Shown here: piece by piece, positions 35,646 through 50,569 of the stretch | How positions within the stretch are numbered: position 1 is the first letter of the stretch | How the letters are laid out: every line of letters starts with the position of its first letter | The notes under the pieces: model-generated | Told to the model about the DNA's origin: nothing | Databases searched by the model: none | The model's input: the letters and a program-made list of their open reading frames with translations, nothing else | Assembly (NCBI GenBank): GCA_964016885.1 | Contig: OZ024741.1 | Coordinates: forward strand, 74,586,001-74,650,000 | Reading direction: 5' to 3' | Source of the DNA: Eledone cirrhosa | Lineage: Eukaryota | DNA length: 64,000 nt | Program-made: the position numbers and the translations under genes

Positions 35646-38600
35646 CATCATCATCATTTTACGTCTGCTTTTCCCTGCTTGCAAGGGTGGGACAGGTCTT
35701 ATTCAGCACAGCATCTCTCCACTCGTCACGGTCCCTCGTCATCTCCACCGTGAGCTTCAATGATCTGAGGTCTGTTCTCACCACCTCCGCCCATGTTTTT
35801 CGTGGTCAACCTCTACCACGTCTTCCTTCAACTGGCATTTCCTGACACTTCTTCACCCATCGGTCATCCTCCATGCGCATCACATGTCCATACCACCTCA
35901 GTCTCCTCTCCTGTACACTACATTCTATCCCTCTCAGACACAGTTTCTCTCTCAACACATTTATGCTGGGTCGTTCACGCACATTTACACTGGACATCCA
36001 ACGGAGCATGCTTGCTTCATTTCTCTCCAGCCATCGCATATCCTCTGCAGTTGCTGCCCATGTCTCACTACCATGCATCATCGCGCTCCTCACACAGGCA
36101 TCATACAACCGGCCTTTCGTACGCAGGGAGAAACCCTTCTTCGTCAACAGAGGAAGCAGCTCCCTAAACTTCTTCCAACCCGTCCTTATTCTAGATACTA
36201 TGGCCTCGGAACACCCTCCTCCCATGCTAATCTGATCTCCTAGGTACCGGAAGCTATCCACCACTTCTATAGCGCCCTCCTGCATTTGAAAAATGTGTCT
36301 ATCAATGCGACTTCTACTGTCTAATTTCTCTGTACATCTACTGCATACATATTACTCCCTACCTGTTAGTTTGCCTGCTATCCCGCTACATCTCTTGTGT
36401 ACCCAGGATCTGCATTGTGTACATTTTATAGAATTTATGCCAGTTCCTTTTCTGCATATCGAACATGGCCATTTCCCTGATGGAATCAGGGTTTTGTCCT
36501 CTTTTCTACTCATCAACACTTTTGTCTTAGCTAGGTTCACTCTCAGTCCTCTTCCTTCCAACTGCTGCTTCCATAGCCAGAATTTATTATCTAGCTCCTC
36601 TACTGATTCTGCTATAAGAACCAGATCGTCAGCATAGAGAAGTTCCCATGGACAGCCAGTCTTAAACTCCTCTGTTATGGCTTGGAGGACTATAATGAAC
36701 AAGAGCGGGCTGAGGACCGAACCCTGATGTACTCCTACTTGTATCTGGAATTCCTCACTAAACTCCATGCCTACTCTCACTTTACTGATAGTACCCCTAT
36801 ACATAGTTTGCACTGTCCTCACAAGCCATTCCTCTACACCTAGTTTCCTTAGGGACCACCGGATGACAGATCGGGGTACCATATCAAAGGCCTTCTCGAG
36901 GTCAACAAAGGCTAAGTATAGTGGCTTATTCTTCTCTAAGAACCTCTCTTGCAATTGTCTCACCAAGAAGAAGGCAGCTGTTGTACTCTTCCCAGGCACA
37001 AAACCAAACTGCATCTCATCTAGTTTGACCCTTTCTCTAATTAGTTGTGCTAATATCCTTTCTGCCACTTTCATAACCTGATCTATCAGTTTTATACCCC
37101 TATAATTGCTCCTCTCCAGAGCATCCCCTTTACCTTTGTAGCAATTTATGAGAATACTGCTGCACCAGTCTTTGGGTATGACACCACCATATATAGCCTG
37201 ATTGATGATGTGTGCAACCAGTTTACTGCCTACGTCCCCTGATGCTTTCAGCATCTCAGCAACTATTCCCGATGGTCCGGCAGCCTTACCATTTTTCATT
37301 TCCCTAATCGCCTCTTTGACCATATATTCGTCAATCTCAATAGCTGGTCCCTCTGTCGGATCTACCAAGGGTAATTTCTCTCTCTCCCATTTGTTCTCCA
37401 CATTCATCAGTCTCATAATGACATTTCCAGGCCTCCTTTTTCTGATCATTCGTGACACTAAGTACACCAGCATCATCCCGGACACACTTATCTCCAACAA
37501 CATCCTGATTTGCATTGACACATTGCCTTGCAATGTGGAACACCGCACGCCTCTGATCTTCCCGTCGCAGAACATTGGCAAACCTCCTACTCTCCGCCTC
37601 CCTGCGTGCTAAGTACACCTGACATCTAGCTTCTCTCTTAGTGGCTGTATATTCTTCCCTACTCCCACCCTTTTCCCAAGCCTTCCATGCTAGCCTTTTG
37701 TCTCTAATGGCCTTATCTACTGTGCTGTTCCACCACCAGGTCACTCTCTGTCTGGTTGGAGCTCTGCTCCAGCCACAAGTTTCATCAGTAGCCTGCAGCA
37801 AGTTGTCACGTAAGAAATTCCAGTTATTATCTATGTCATACGTCTCTAAATCGTCTTCTTTTTCATCATATACATCTTGAAGGGCTTTTCTAAATTTGTA
37901 TTTTAGTGAAAGTTCTTTTAGCTTCCAGACCTTTCTTCTCCACACCTTCCTATATGTCTCATTCCATCTCTTGCTTACTGAGATATCACTAACAACTAAC
38001 CTATGCTGTGGGGTACATTCTTCCCCAGGGTATGCCTTGGTATTAGACACTATCTGCCTGTCCCGCTGCCTAACTAGTAAGAAGTCAATCTGGCTTATGT
38101 GCTCACCAGATTTGTAGATTATTAGGTGATTGGCAGGTTTCTGGAAGTTTGTGTTGCAAATAGTCAATGTACCCGCATCACAAAATTCAAGAAGTCTCAC
38201 TCCTTCTTCATTTCTTGATCCGTAACCATCCTGGAGCTGTCCAACATGACCATTGAAGTCTCCTGCTAGCATAACGATGTCTCCGTCCTCTGTCATTGCG
38301 GTTGTTTGTAAAAGTTGCTCGTAAAAGCAGTCTTTCTCATCTTTGCCTAGGCCTGCTTGGGGAGCATAGGCCGAAATGATTGTCAGTAGTCTCCTGCCTA
38401 CAACCAATCTAAGCTTAATTATTCGATTACTAACTCAAACTACCTCTATTGTCTTATTGATCCATTTCTCAGCCAGGAAAATGCCTACTCCCCCTAACCC
38501 ATCATCCCTACCCAGAATAGCTTATAGCTAAGACGTTTGCCTACGACTAGTCTCGCAGAGGCACCTCTCCATCTCACCTCTTGCACGCAGCACACATCCA

Positions 38601-38700
38601 CCTGCCTTCTCTCCAGCATCTCCGCTATTTCAGCAGATCTACCTCTGAGAGTGCCAACATTAAGTGTTGCAACTCTGAGATGCGACATCTTCATATTTTG
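35646..38700 (-). mobile_element. Near full-length RTE LINE, subfamily B (APE, RT, PHD-like finger), frameshifted
   Basis: ORFs 38494-38694 (ATLNVGTL, VQEVRW), 37337-38407 (SAYAPQ, GDFNGHVG, SQIDFL), 36352-37581 (RT, YADD) and 35806-36285; (GAT)n tail at ~35646. Confidence 0.96.
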
Positions 38701-39026
38701 TTGTTGTTCCTATTTGTTGCTGTGCTGATAAGCGTTTTGGCATTGATACACTGGTTGGATGCCCTGTGTTAGGAATAACACCAGCGCCACTTTACAGCAT
38801 GGACTGGGTGCTTTTATTTGTGCCACTAGCATTAGAGAGGATTCTTACTAGACTCAAGGGCCCTCTCTACCCCTCCATTTTACAGCATGGTCATTAAAAA
38901 AAAAAAACAAAAAAAAACATTGGCACGACACACACACCAACACTCATGCATACACACCACAACCACACACACACCACTCACATACCAATACTCATTCATG
39001 TATACAAACACACACACCACTCACAA

Positions 39027-39058
<32 letters not shown>

Positions 39059-39103
39059 TACCGGCAGTACTGATACAAATTCAATACATATATATGTATA
39101 CAT

Positions 39104-39134
<31 letters not shown>

Positions 39135-39889
39135 GAGAGAGATCTGGTGAACATGCCAGCCAAATAGATTTCCTTCTCACCAAAAGACTGTTAGGAGCAC
39201 AAAGTCCCTCACCAGTGAAGAATGTACCTCCCAACATAATTTAATAGTTAGCATTCTTATAGTAAGGGCTAGAAGAATGTGACAATGGAAACCAACCTGC
39301 AGTTCTGGCCAGACTTGTCTCTCGGCGTGGAAGACCTGTTCAACCCATACAAGCATGGAACGATGGATGCTAAACGGTGATGATGATGATATATATATAT
39401 ATAAACTAACTTGGTGTTTAATACTATATCAGCTGAGTATCAGTTTGTCAATGTCCTTATACTGTGTCAGTTTGAAATATGTATGTGCCTATTAAAAGAA
39501 ATATAAAACTAAATAACAGAATTTATCTACTACTTGAAGGAAACCATTAGAGAAGTTGATGACTGTTCAATCCTAAACTGCTACTAATACATTTAGCTAT
39601 ATGTAGTGCTCTTAAAACTAAGATTTCTGGTCAGTGGACCCAGACTCAAGTGACTGCACTACTTAGAAAAATATTGGGACAATGCCATTAGTATTTTCAA
39701 GCATATTTTCTTGGTCTATATTACTAGAGGTAAATCATTAACGAATATTTTATGTCAGATCTTAACTGTGATCAATACATTATATACACTTAATGAAAGG
39801 CATATTGGACCCATTTAGAATATGTTTATGTATAATAAATACACATTTAGTTTCACTATGAGGATTTTAAGCTGTAATCAATATTTTAT

Positions 39890-40315
39890 ATACAATAAAG
39901 GGATTTACTCTTCCCCAAGCAAAAGGTAGATTGTATTATGCCTGCATGCAAAGGGTAGTGTTGCGAATGCAGATGATATGCTATAGTTGGAGAAAAATTA
40001 ATGGAGCTTGCTTTGTTGGATGTGTAATGGTTGTGTGCATGAACAACATGGCACACATGAGTTAAGAGAAAAAAATGAGTATAAAAGGAATCAGAACACA
40101 TGGGTATTGCACATTGCCAAGAGATTCCATAAGAAAAAAGTTGCAGGAGAAGACCAAGGAAAATCTGGGCAGAAGTAGTGAAAATTGATCTCGAAAAGCT
40201 GAATGTCACAGAAGAGATGGCAAGGGAATGTAAAATGTGGAGAAAAGCAGTGCTGGATAAGACCTGTGCAACCCATGCAAGCAAGGAAAAAGAGACATAA
40301 AAGATGATGATAATG
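39890..40315 (+). pseudogene. Decayed RTE 3' fragment
   Basis: RRRPRKIWAEVVKIDLEKLNVTEEM and an ACCCATGCAAGCAAGG...GATGATGA tail. Confidence 0.75.
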
Positions 40316-40437
40316 AAGCCACATACATGTTTACATATAATAAACATACATTTAGTTAGTCTTGCTGTGATCATATCACAGTTATCTTGGTACCAGTGAA
40401 AGATTGTTGTATATAAGTATTTCAGAATTATTAATAA

Positions 40438-41326
40438 CTAGCATTAAAGCCTGGCGTTGCTCGGGGTCATTAAGTTACCAAAGTTAGGTTGCACCACCCA
40501 TTTTATGGCAGCATTTTTTTGTCTGCCAGGCACTGGGTGAATGAATTGCAGACCTGGAAGCATGAGCTGCGCCAGCAGTGACAATTGTAGTTTCGCCTAT
40601 GGATATTATCTCTGTGCAAAAAAGTGTTGAAATTTATTGTTTCACAGTACTTGCGCAACACGCGCGTAGACGATGCCAGCCGAAAACAGAGCTGCGATGG
40701 AGTTGTTCTGCATGGTTGTCTGGGTGTTTTCTAAATTTAAGACAGTAGGGAGGGTTGTGATATGAGGGAGAGTTAGCTGTTGTTTCTAGCAGGTTTAGTG
40801 ACCTCATAGAGGATATGTGTTTTCTAAATTTAAGACAGTAGGGAGTGGTGTGATATGGGGGAGAGTTATCTGCTGTTTCTAACAGGTTTAGTGACCTCAT
40901 AGAAGATATGTTTTCTAAATTTAAGACAGTAGGGAGGGGTGTGATATGGGGGAGAGTTAGCTGCTGTTTCTAGCAGGTTTAGTAACCTCATAGAGGATAT
41001 GTGTTTTCTAAATTTAAGACAGTAGGGAGTGGTGTGAACGGACAGTATCAGCACCAAGCTTGGAAAGAGAATGTAGCAGAAAGTATGAAGTTGTATAGAT
41101 TCTGAATGGTAGTAGAAAGAGTTCAGCAGTTTAAATGAGAGAGAAAATCGTAAAATATTGAGTTTTATCTATTTTTTGCGTAATTGTGGGTGAAATTGAA
41201 AAAATTATCTGCGTCAAGACGCAATCGAAGCTATTTCAGATACTAAATTGTAAATTTCAATTGAAGAAATTCTATATCGTAGATTTCTATAACGAAGGAG
41301 CATGACCACACACTGAGCTTTATAGA
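40438..41326 (-). mobile_element. Non-autonomous Helitron (DINE-1-like ends) with ~3.4 copies of a 93-bp repeat
   Basis: Minus strand TCTATA... 5' end; 3' hairpin CCCGAGCAACGCCAGG then CTAG. Homologous to 51897-52812. Confidence 0.75.
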
Positions 41327-41570
41327 TTATGATTCCCTGATGCTGAGGTAACTGTGATTGTACAGGTTGCCAATAGACTGGGTTGATGCTCAAGCACAGC
41401 TACTGATCTATCGGGTGGGCTGGAGGCTTGTATTTCACTTACATGCATTCCTGCACAGTACTGAATGCTCAGATGGGCCAGAGGCCTGCATCATATTTAT
41501 ATATATCCTGCACACTACCAAGTGCATTTCATCAGAGCAATGGCACTAAGGAGGCTGTCATGGCTGTTTG

Positions 41571-41604
<34 letters not shown>

Positions 41605-43197
41605 ATATACATACACATATATAGCACACACACATATAAGTGTGTGTGCATATGTGTACATGTAGATAAAGTTGACAAATATGTTTTATTTTGCAAGACA
41701 TTTGAATTAAGAATGAAATGAGAATTTCAGCTGGAAATTAATAATAGATTTGAATATTTTATTGCTGCTGCCAGAGGATTTGCAGAAATATTTGCAGATG
41801 CAAAGAAATTTATTGGTTTTAGTTTAATGCTGCAGATTCCCAGGTTTGAAGCCATGCTAAACCTGCTATTCTATAGATTAAGTTTGATATTGATGATGAT
41901 AAATACTTTCAAGAGCTTTTATTCTCTGACTAATAATAGGCAATAGACTGCGGCCATACTGAGGCACCACCTCAAAGGGATGTGGTCAGTCATATCAGCC
42001 CCAGCATTTATTTTTCAAGTTTGGTACATATTTTATCAATCTCCATTTGTTGAATGTTATGTTACAAAACATAAACAAACAATAAACACAAACATAGACA
42101 CACGTTTATTCAGTTTAGAACAGGTACGCCATATCCCTGCATGTCATAAGAAGCAACTAAAAGGCTTGTTATCAAGAAAACATTGCCTCAAAAAGTTCCA
42201 ACCAACCCATGCCAGCATGAAAAAGTCAATGTAAAGATGATGATGATAATATACACATGATGAACTTTTGCAGGGATTCTGTCTTCCATAGTTCATTGAA
42301 AGCATTGGTCAGCCTAAAGCTATAGTAGAAGACGCTTAATCAAGGTGCCACACAGTGGGAGTGAATATGAAACCCTGTGATTGTGAAGTGAAATCCTTAA
42401 CATGTCTGTGCCTAAATTAGGGTGGGATTTTAAATGTTTTTATTTTTTTCTGAATCATGTCCAAATGATACCCATTGCCTTTTCAACATGCACAAAGCAG
42501 ATCTACAACTGAAACTGCCAAAAATGTTGTTACAATTTGGATCCCTTACAAAAGTATTTAGTTTCTATTTTCTGTTTATATGTGTGTCAAATGATATTTA
42601 TCTTCTCCCAACGTTAAAAAAAAAAAAAATCAATATCACAACCAATAAACTTCTGGCAAAATAACAAACTCACACACCAGATAAATCTTTTATTTTATTT
42701 TATCTTATAAGCAGTGAATTGGCAGAATCATTAAACTGTCAGATTAAATAACTCAGTATATGGTCTAGTTCACTACATACTGACTTTGAATCCTGCAATG
42801 GTCAACTTTGCCTTTTATCCTTTCCTGGGGATTGATAAATAAAATACCAGTCTAGTAGTGAGTTAGTAGATTGGCAGAATTGTTATAGTCAGATGGGATG
42901 CTTTATAATGTCTTTTCTGGCTTTCTGTACTCTGAGTTCAAATCTTGCCCCTTTTTAGTAGGAGTTGCTGCTGATAGATAATATCAACTATGCATACACC
43001 AATGGAAACACTGTTTCCTTGGTCTAATTTGATGAGTGGCTCCTTTCCTTTTTTGTTTTATTTTATTTAGTCCACACCATTTTTAAACTTTAGATTTCTT
43101 ATGAAAAAAAAAAATTGAGCAAAATCTATAATTCTTAGGACTGGGGTTAACTTTTGTTTTATTCAACAGAAATATTTTCTTTAGACAAATATTCCAT

Positions 43198-43620
43198 CAT
43201 CATCACCATTTTACATCCATTTTTCTATGCTTCTTCAGTACAGCTTTTCTCCACTTGTTACATTGTTTGTCATCTCTTTCTTTATTGTGTAACAAATTAA
43301 GATCAGCACTCAATATTTCTGGCAAGGTATTCCTTAGTCTTCCTCTTCTGCAGCTTCCTTCCAGTGTACAGTCTTGGCATTTCTTCACCCATCAATCCTC
43401 AATCCATGTGCATCATTTGACCATACAAGCACAATGCACACTACATCTGATTACTCTTATACTCAGTTTTTCTCTTAGCTCATCTCTGCTTTGTCATTCA
43501 TGCACACTATGAATCCAATGAATCCTTTTCAATTTGTCTCTCTCCAATCTTTGCATGTCCCCTGCATTCATTGCCCATGTTTTACTATAATGCAACATTG
43601 CAATGCAATTTCCCCTTCTA
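43198..43620 (-). pseudogene. Decayed RTE 3' fragment
   Basis: AMLHYSKTW, KKCQDCTLEGSCRRGRLRNT, ATGATG tail. Confidence 0.75.
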
Positions 43621-43699
43621 TCAGAGTCCACAGCACCTTCATTTTTAAGCTTTAAATTTTGTAATGAAAAGAAATTGAGCAATATCTGTAATTCCTATT

Positions 43700-43900
43700 A
43701 CAATTGGACAAAATGAATACATAAAGAAATTAGAAAAACTAGATGGAATATCAACAAGAGATATTAGAGAAATTAAACAACTAATAGGTCAACTAAATTG
43801 GTTAACCACACAAACTAAACCAGATTTGAGGCATCATTTAGTAAGTTAAGTTCTGTTCAAAACAGAAAATCATATAGTATATTTAACAAACTAGCAAAGA
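43700..43900 (+). pseudogene. Ty1/Copia-like RT relic
   Basis: Manual translation REIKQLIGQLNWLTTQTKPDL matches the Copia LIGxLxW..xTRPD motif. Confidence 0.6.
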
Positions 43901-44563
43901 AAACAAAGAAGCAAAATTGCTATTTGTTATTCCAGGAAATTAGGAAACCGCCCTCAATTAATATACATCATTTTAGCCTTTGTTTAATACAACATAAATA
44001 TTTTCTTCAAATAGACCATCCTATAAAAACAAAAAAACAAGCAGCTCTTGTCGAGAAAACTTTCATGGAACTACTGAAATTGTTTTTAAAAAGATTAAAT
44101 CTTTAAAAATCTATAAATATTTAATTATTGACAGATGTTAAACTCATTGATTTATTTCAGGAAGGATAAAAAGGAAGTGGAGTTCTTTACAATATTTCAT
44201 TTTGAGCTGTAACAGCCTGGTATTCACAGATGTGTATGTCCAACATGAACCACAATGTCTTAAATGCCTGGCATTCACAGAAAAGAAATTTATGCCCAAC
44301 ATGAGTCAAAATGTCAAAATTAGATAATTTCAGTGGCATCTTACATAGTTTTAAATAGTGCAATTTCGAAAATTTGAAAAGGCTGCAATTCTCAAAATTC
44401 CTGTTACACATTAAACCAGATCTCCTAATGTAAGGGTCAAATTGACATCAACAGGATTTAGATTCAGAGCACAGGGAGAGAGAGAAAATACTTTAAAGCT
44501 TTAATGACTTCGCCAATTTGCCTTTCCTAATAACTGAATGATGATGAAGATATCTATTTTCAG

Positions 44564-44641
44564 TTGTCACACACAACCAGTGGCATCACCCATCATCTTC
44601 TGAGTGATTAATATAGAAAAAGAAATGTTAAGTTGAATGAG
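44564..44641 (+). other. Candidate non-coding or UTR exon
   Basis: TATTTTCAG acceptor and GAG|GTAAGC donor; stops in all three frames. Confidence 0.25.
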
Positions 44642-44906
44642 GTAAGCAGGATTGTCTTAGAGTAAGACAAAAAACCTCTAGGGTATTGAGACAAGTATTT
44701 CTAGTTAAAACTCTTGACCTATTCATGACCATTTTCTAACAAGAAATATACTGCCTTTGCATTTTAATTATCACAATAATCAAGAATTATGAGAAGATTA
44801 TTTAAATAACTAACTTTCAGCTTAATAATAATTACTGGTATCAAATAATATTTGTTATGTAATAAGGAGATTTTTGTTCAAGTTTTCAATTAAAATTTGA
44901 ACACTT

Positions 44907-45160
44907 TAACCCTTTGATACCAACCTGCCTCTGGTTCTATGATACAAAACTATTAATTTTAAGTGTTTAGAAATATCTAAAAAAAAAACAAAAAAAAACT
45001 TCATAATTTTATGTAAGAATCTTTGTTATATTGTTTCAAACACCAACTTAGTAATAAGAAAGTTATATTACAAAATCTCAAAATTCTTGATTATTTTCAA
45101 AATCATTTGAAAATCATATGTAGTATATTTCATTAGAAATATGAAGGTGAACAAGGTTAA
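44907..45160. mobile_element. piggyBac-like MITE family (TTAA-CCC...GG-TTAA)
   Basis: TTAACCCTTTGATACC...AAGGTTAA with a shared core AAATTCTTGATTATTTTCAAAAT. Other copies at ~25621-26876 (interrupted by the mariner), 27721-27965, 53596-53845 and 59685-59959. Confidence 0.6.
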
Positions 45161-46757
45161 ATGAGATGTCGATTAATTATGTGTTATTATGTGATTTTAA
45201 ATGATTATGGAAATGTTTTTAAAACCAAGAATTTTCTTCTCAGTAACTGAAATATGGAAATTTGAAAAAACAAAGAAAAAATTAAAAGGGATTGCTGCTG
45301 TTATTTTTATACTGTGTGTATCCAGTTTAAGACAAGTATAATGCATCTTTGCCTTTCCTGACAGATGACGAAAAGCTTGGTACCAGGATGGGCATCCGGT
45401 TGTAAAGCATTACCTCAAAACATTGCTGTTTTAGCAAGGACAATAACCTTAAGATTCTTGTTGTATTAAAGAACTGCTCTGGAACCATCACAACCATTCT
45501 AATTGTTAGGTTTAATAAATGCTGGATCTTCCATCAGTTCAAATGAGGAGCATTTACCTGTTGAATCAATTCAGTATCCAACTTGTGGATTAACTTGTAA
45601 GTGGTCAAGTATTCCACAGACCTTTAATGTAATTCCCAAGTTGTATTAGCATGACACAATATGTGACAAGGTTGAACCTTTAAGTTAGTGATACAATCCA
45701 TTTGACAGATGTCTACACAGTTTCCATCTATTCAATTTCACTCACAAGACTTGGATCAACTTGAAACAATGATAAAAAAAAGATGTCCAAGATGCTATTC
45801 AGTGAGATCAACACTGGAAACTCATGATTCTGAAGAAAACTTCCAAACCTCTCAACCATACCTCCGTCCACAGAATCAATAAGCACCATAATATTGTCAA
45901 ATGCAATGTAAAGATGAGATTTAATTGAAAAATAAGTTGTAGTCCATATTCAGTCTCATTTTGAAGCTATTAATTTTTTAGATGACAAATTGGAAAGAAA
46001 ATATATTGGATCTGTATTTGAAGCAAGAACAGATAATGGATTGTATAAAAAAAAGTAAGATTTCTAATAAATATCTAAAATTAAAGATTGGTTATTGTTA
46101 AACAAAACAAATAATAAAGGTAATGTCTTCCAAGATATATTTTTCGGTAGATATTTAATGGATATTTTAAAATCGGTTTTATAACAACAATTTCACTTAG
46201 ATGGATTATTTTTTTTACTTTACTGTTTTCAGTCATTTGACTACAGCCATACTGGGACACCACCGTGAAGGGAAACAACCAGTCATATCAACCTCAATAC
46301 TTATTTTTTCAAGATTGGTACTTAATGTTATCAATCTCTTTTTGTCAAGCTGTTAAATTACAGGACATAAACAGTTAACATAAACACAGACACACATATG
46401 CATGTATGTGTGCACATATATAAAAATATGCATTTATATATATACATGATGGCCTTCCACACAGATTCTGTCTACCATATTTCACTCACAAGGCATTTGT
46501 CATCCTGAGGCTATAGTAGAAAACACATGCTCAAGGTGCCACACAGTGGGAGAGAACTCAAAACAGCATGGTTGCAAGCTGAACTCCTTAATCACGCAGT
46601 CATGCCTTCATCCATTTAATTCAATTTTATTTTATTATATTTTATTTTATTTTGTGCAAATCAACAGTAAGGAAGAAATTTGGGTATGATTGAAAAATAG
46701 CACAACTTATACTGAATGTAGCAATAAACGACTTTAAAGGCAGTTTATTATTTAGAA

Positions 46758-46940
46758 GTGGTGGATTGGCAGTATCGGTAGAGGGTCGGACGCCATGCTT
46801 TCCAGCATAGTTACGTCCCTTTACGATCTGAGTTCAAATCCCGCCGAGGTTGACTTTGCCTTTCATCCTTACGGGGTCGATAAAATAAAGTACCAGTAAT
46901 GCACTGGGTAATTGCTGGCTTTGTGCCTAAAGTAGAAACA
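46758..46940 (+). mobile_element. SINE S1 with TSD
   Basis: Nearly identical to 17947-18131; ATTATTTAGAA on both sides. Confidence 0.92.
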
Positions 46941-47428
46941 ATTATTTAGAAATTAGAAATATTCCTCATATTTCATAATTAATTTTCAATCAGTTAGTTA
47001 ATTATGTGACGTTAATAATCCTATTTTATTGGGAAAAAGAAAAATACATTAGAATTGATTAACTCTTGTCATTTTTTCATGAAAAATATTGCTTATGATT
47101 TTCAGTTAATGTTTTAATAATCAAGAATTTGAAGGGGTTTAATAATATAAGTAACTTTTTCATTATCGAGCTGGTGTTTGGGGCATAACTTAAAGGTTTT
47201 TTACACAATTATTATGGAAAGTTTTTAGTTAAATATAATTACTTCAAACCCTTCCTTTACCACATTTCACCTATATTGAAAGGATTCAGCTGATTATATT
47301 GAACCTAGTACTTATTTTCTTCAAGTCCAGTATTTCTTTATATCTTTTCTCATTGTTGAACTTTTAAGTTACTGGATATAAGAGGCAGCCACCTATGTAA
47401 ACACATACATATGAATGTGAGTGTATGA

Positions 47429-47481
<53 letters not shown>

Positions 47482-47500
47482 TATATATATATATATATAT

Positions 47501-47852
47501 GTCTGGCGTCACGCAGTAATACAGGGTACCCGACCTCCCATGGGTACATGCTGAAGCATATAAACAATATGCCCCCCCCCCCCACCGCAAGGTGGTCGTG
47601 GAGGTGCCACGGCAAAAAAGCACCCAGCCCACACTGTAAAGTGGACGTGTAGGCGCCACGAAAAAGCACCCAGCACTCACTGTAAATGAGGTTGGTGTTA
47701 GGAAGGGCATCCAGCTGTAGAAATCAAGCCAGATCAGTTCCTGTATGAGCAAGGCATGGTCAGCCGACCAGACACTGCCCACAACAGGACAACCCGTCTA
47801 ACCCATGCTAGCGTGGAAGAACGGACGTAAAACGGTGATGATGATGATGATG
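47501..47852 (+). mobile_element. RTE subfamily A 3' UTR fragment
   Basis: Near-identical reverse complement of 16421-16772, inserted in (TA)n. Confidence 0.92.
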
Positions 47853-47904
47853 ATATATATGAGAATAGAGTTGTGTAGTTAATACAAAGCATTGTGAGAT
47901 ATGA

Positions 47905-48730
47905 CAACTAATTTTGGCTTGGTTTCTATAGCTTGATGCCCTCCTAATGCCAACCACATTTATAGTGAGTACTGGGTGCTTTTTGTCATGTCACCATCAT
48001 GACAACTTGCGGGCTAGGCGTTTTTTGTTGTGTCACCATCGTGACCACTTTACAGTGGGGGATGGGGACTTCACAAGATGTATGCTTCAGCCTGTCCTCA
48101 TGGGAGGGGTGGAGGTGAGGGTGGTACATACTATATGTATGCTTCAGCTTCAGCCTGTGTCCTTGGGAAGGCAGGTCTTCTGTAATACTGTGTAATGCCA
48201 GAGATATCGGTCCTGTGCAATTGAGCAAGGTCAGCTTTTATCACCTCATCCCAAGTCTTCCTGGGTCTCCCCACTCCATATCTTCCCAAAACTTTGAGTG
48301 CTCTGCACCTTTTTATACAGCTGTCATCTTTGATATGCATCACATGTCCATAACAATGCAATCCCCTCTGCACACTGCATCTGATTACTCTTATGCCTTG
48401 TTTCTCTCGCTGTTCGTTTATGCTTTTGCTGTTCACATATATTACTATTACAAATCCATCGGAGCGTACAAGCTTCATTTCTTTCCAATCTTTGCACACA
48501 GTGCCCAGGTCTCACTAACATGCAACATTGCTGTTTGTATGCATGCATCATACAGTCTGCCTTTCATTTTGAGGAAAAAGCCTTTTGTAGCTAGCATTGG
48601 TAGTACCTCCCTGAACTTCTTCCCTCCCGTTCTCACTCTAGTTACTGTACTTTCCGAATAGCCCCCTCCGCTGCTAATTTGGTCATCCAGGTAGCAGAAG
48701 CTGTTTACTGCATCTACTGAACCTTCCCAG
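47905..48730 (-). pseudogene. RTE subfamily A 3' fragment (decayed)
   Basis: SFCYLDDQISSGGG..KGRLYDACIQTAMLH..YGHVMHIKDDSCIKRC. Confidence 0.88.
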
Positions 48731-49608
48731 AGTTTGATAGTGATATGCACACCCATATACACAAAAACAATTATGGCATGTTTCTGCAATTTCCATCGAC
48801 AAAGTTTCACTCTTAAGGAATTGGTCAACCCAAAGCTATAGTAGAAGACACTTGCCCAAGGTACCATGATGTATTTACATGTATTATGCTAAGAAACAAA
48901 GAGCTCAAAACAGCCAGTGATTATAAATGAAATGCCAGTGAAAGAATGAAAAGTCATCATATGATATCACATTATCTGTTGTTGTTGTACATTGTCATAT
49001 TGAAGCTTAAGGAAGAAATATTAAGAACTAGAGATCAATGACCCACAAAAGTAAGAAAACAAAACAAAACAACAAATGTATTGCTAGGATATTTTCATAA
49101 AACCATAATTTAACATGCAGATAATGAAGATGCCTGGACTAGAGATTAGGGAGCTGGGTTTATATTCATAATAATTATGTTTTTAATTAGTTCATGAGCA
49201 AAACATTTCATTTCCTGATCCTCTTGACATTTTAGCTGAAAATGAGTACCAGTAGCAGCTGGGATGGGGAGGGGGGGGGGATCATTCTGTTCAGGAGAAA
49301 GTTTTATATTATTGGTCATTTAACATGAATAAAACCATGATAAACTCCAACTTGATGAGCATCTAGGCTTGGGGAAGATTTTAACTTTTTATTTCTTATA
49401 GTAAATCTATGACTGCAAGCAAATCTTTATGAATACAATTATTTTTTATAGTCACAGGCATATCTGTGTGGTTAAGGAGTTCATTTTGGAACCATGTGAT
49501 TTTGGAGTTTATTCCCATTGTGAGGTAACCTGGGTGTCTTCCACTGCAAGTCCATGTTAACCGATTGTCTTGTAAAATTTGGTAGTCAGAAACTGCATGG
49601 AACCCCAT

Positions 49609-49652
<44 letters not shown>

Positions 49653-49653
<1 letters not shown>

Positions 49654-49978
49654 CATCATCATCATCATCATCAACGTTTAACGTCCGTGTTCCACGCTTG
49701 CATGGGTTTGGACGGGGGTAGTCCCACTTGAGGCAAGAGTGATTGTCTTGCTCGCATAGGACTGTCTGGCAGGTTTTCTACAGTTGGATGCCCTTCCTAA
49801 CACCAACCACATTTACAGTGTGGGTCTGGGAGGTTTTTACCGTGTTGCCTACACGGCCACATTACAGCGTGGATTGTGTGTTTTTTTGTCGTGACACCTA
49901 CACGATCTCATTTGTTTCGGCCTGGATGGCGCGGCACCAACATAACTTTACATAGAACGGGGTGGTGTGGATGGGGTG

Positions 49979-49980
<2 letters not shown>
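49653..49980 (-). mobile_element. RTE 3' UTR fragment
   Basis: Reverse complement closely matches 12545-12862. Confidence 0.85.
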
Positions 49981-50017
<37 letters not shown>

Positions 50018-50569
50018 GTATGTGTGAGTCAGTAGTTACATTACTGTTTGTTTATGTCTCACAACTTGGTAGTCTGACAGAAAAGAGATTGATCAAATAA
50101 ATACGAGACATGAAAAAGAAACACACAAAAAAAAAAAATACAAACGTATGCTCAACTAAATCCCTTCAAGGTAGTGCCTCAGCATGGCTACGGTCTAATG
50201 ACTGAAACAAGAAAAAGAATAAATATATATTTATTTCTCTCTCTCATGATATTTTTCAGTCATTGTCTGAAACTGACACTGTGTACATCAACACTCTATA
50301 CTATCTGAGATTAAAAGATTAATGGTATTGTTTTGGATGGCACCAGAAGAAAAAGAAGAAAATAAATATATATCTAGGTAAAGTGGAATGTCCGCTAAAA
50401 GAGTTACACCATCCTTCTATTTTAGGAAACATCAACAGAGAAGGAGAAAACATCAATGGAAAGAAAAAAGCTGAGATATGATATATTTTTATCAGTGAAT
50501 ATGTGCATGAATATATATATATATACATATACACACACATATCTATATATGTATGTGTGTAGAGATGAC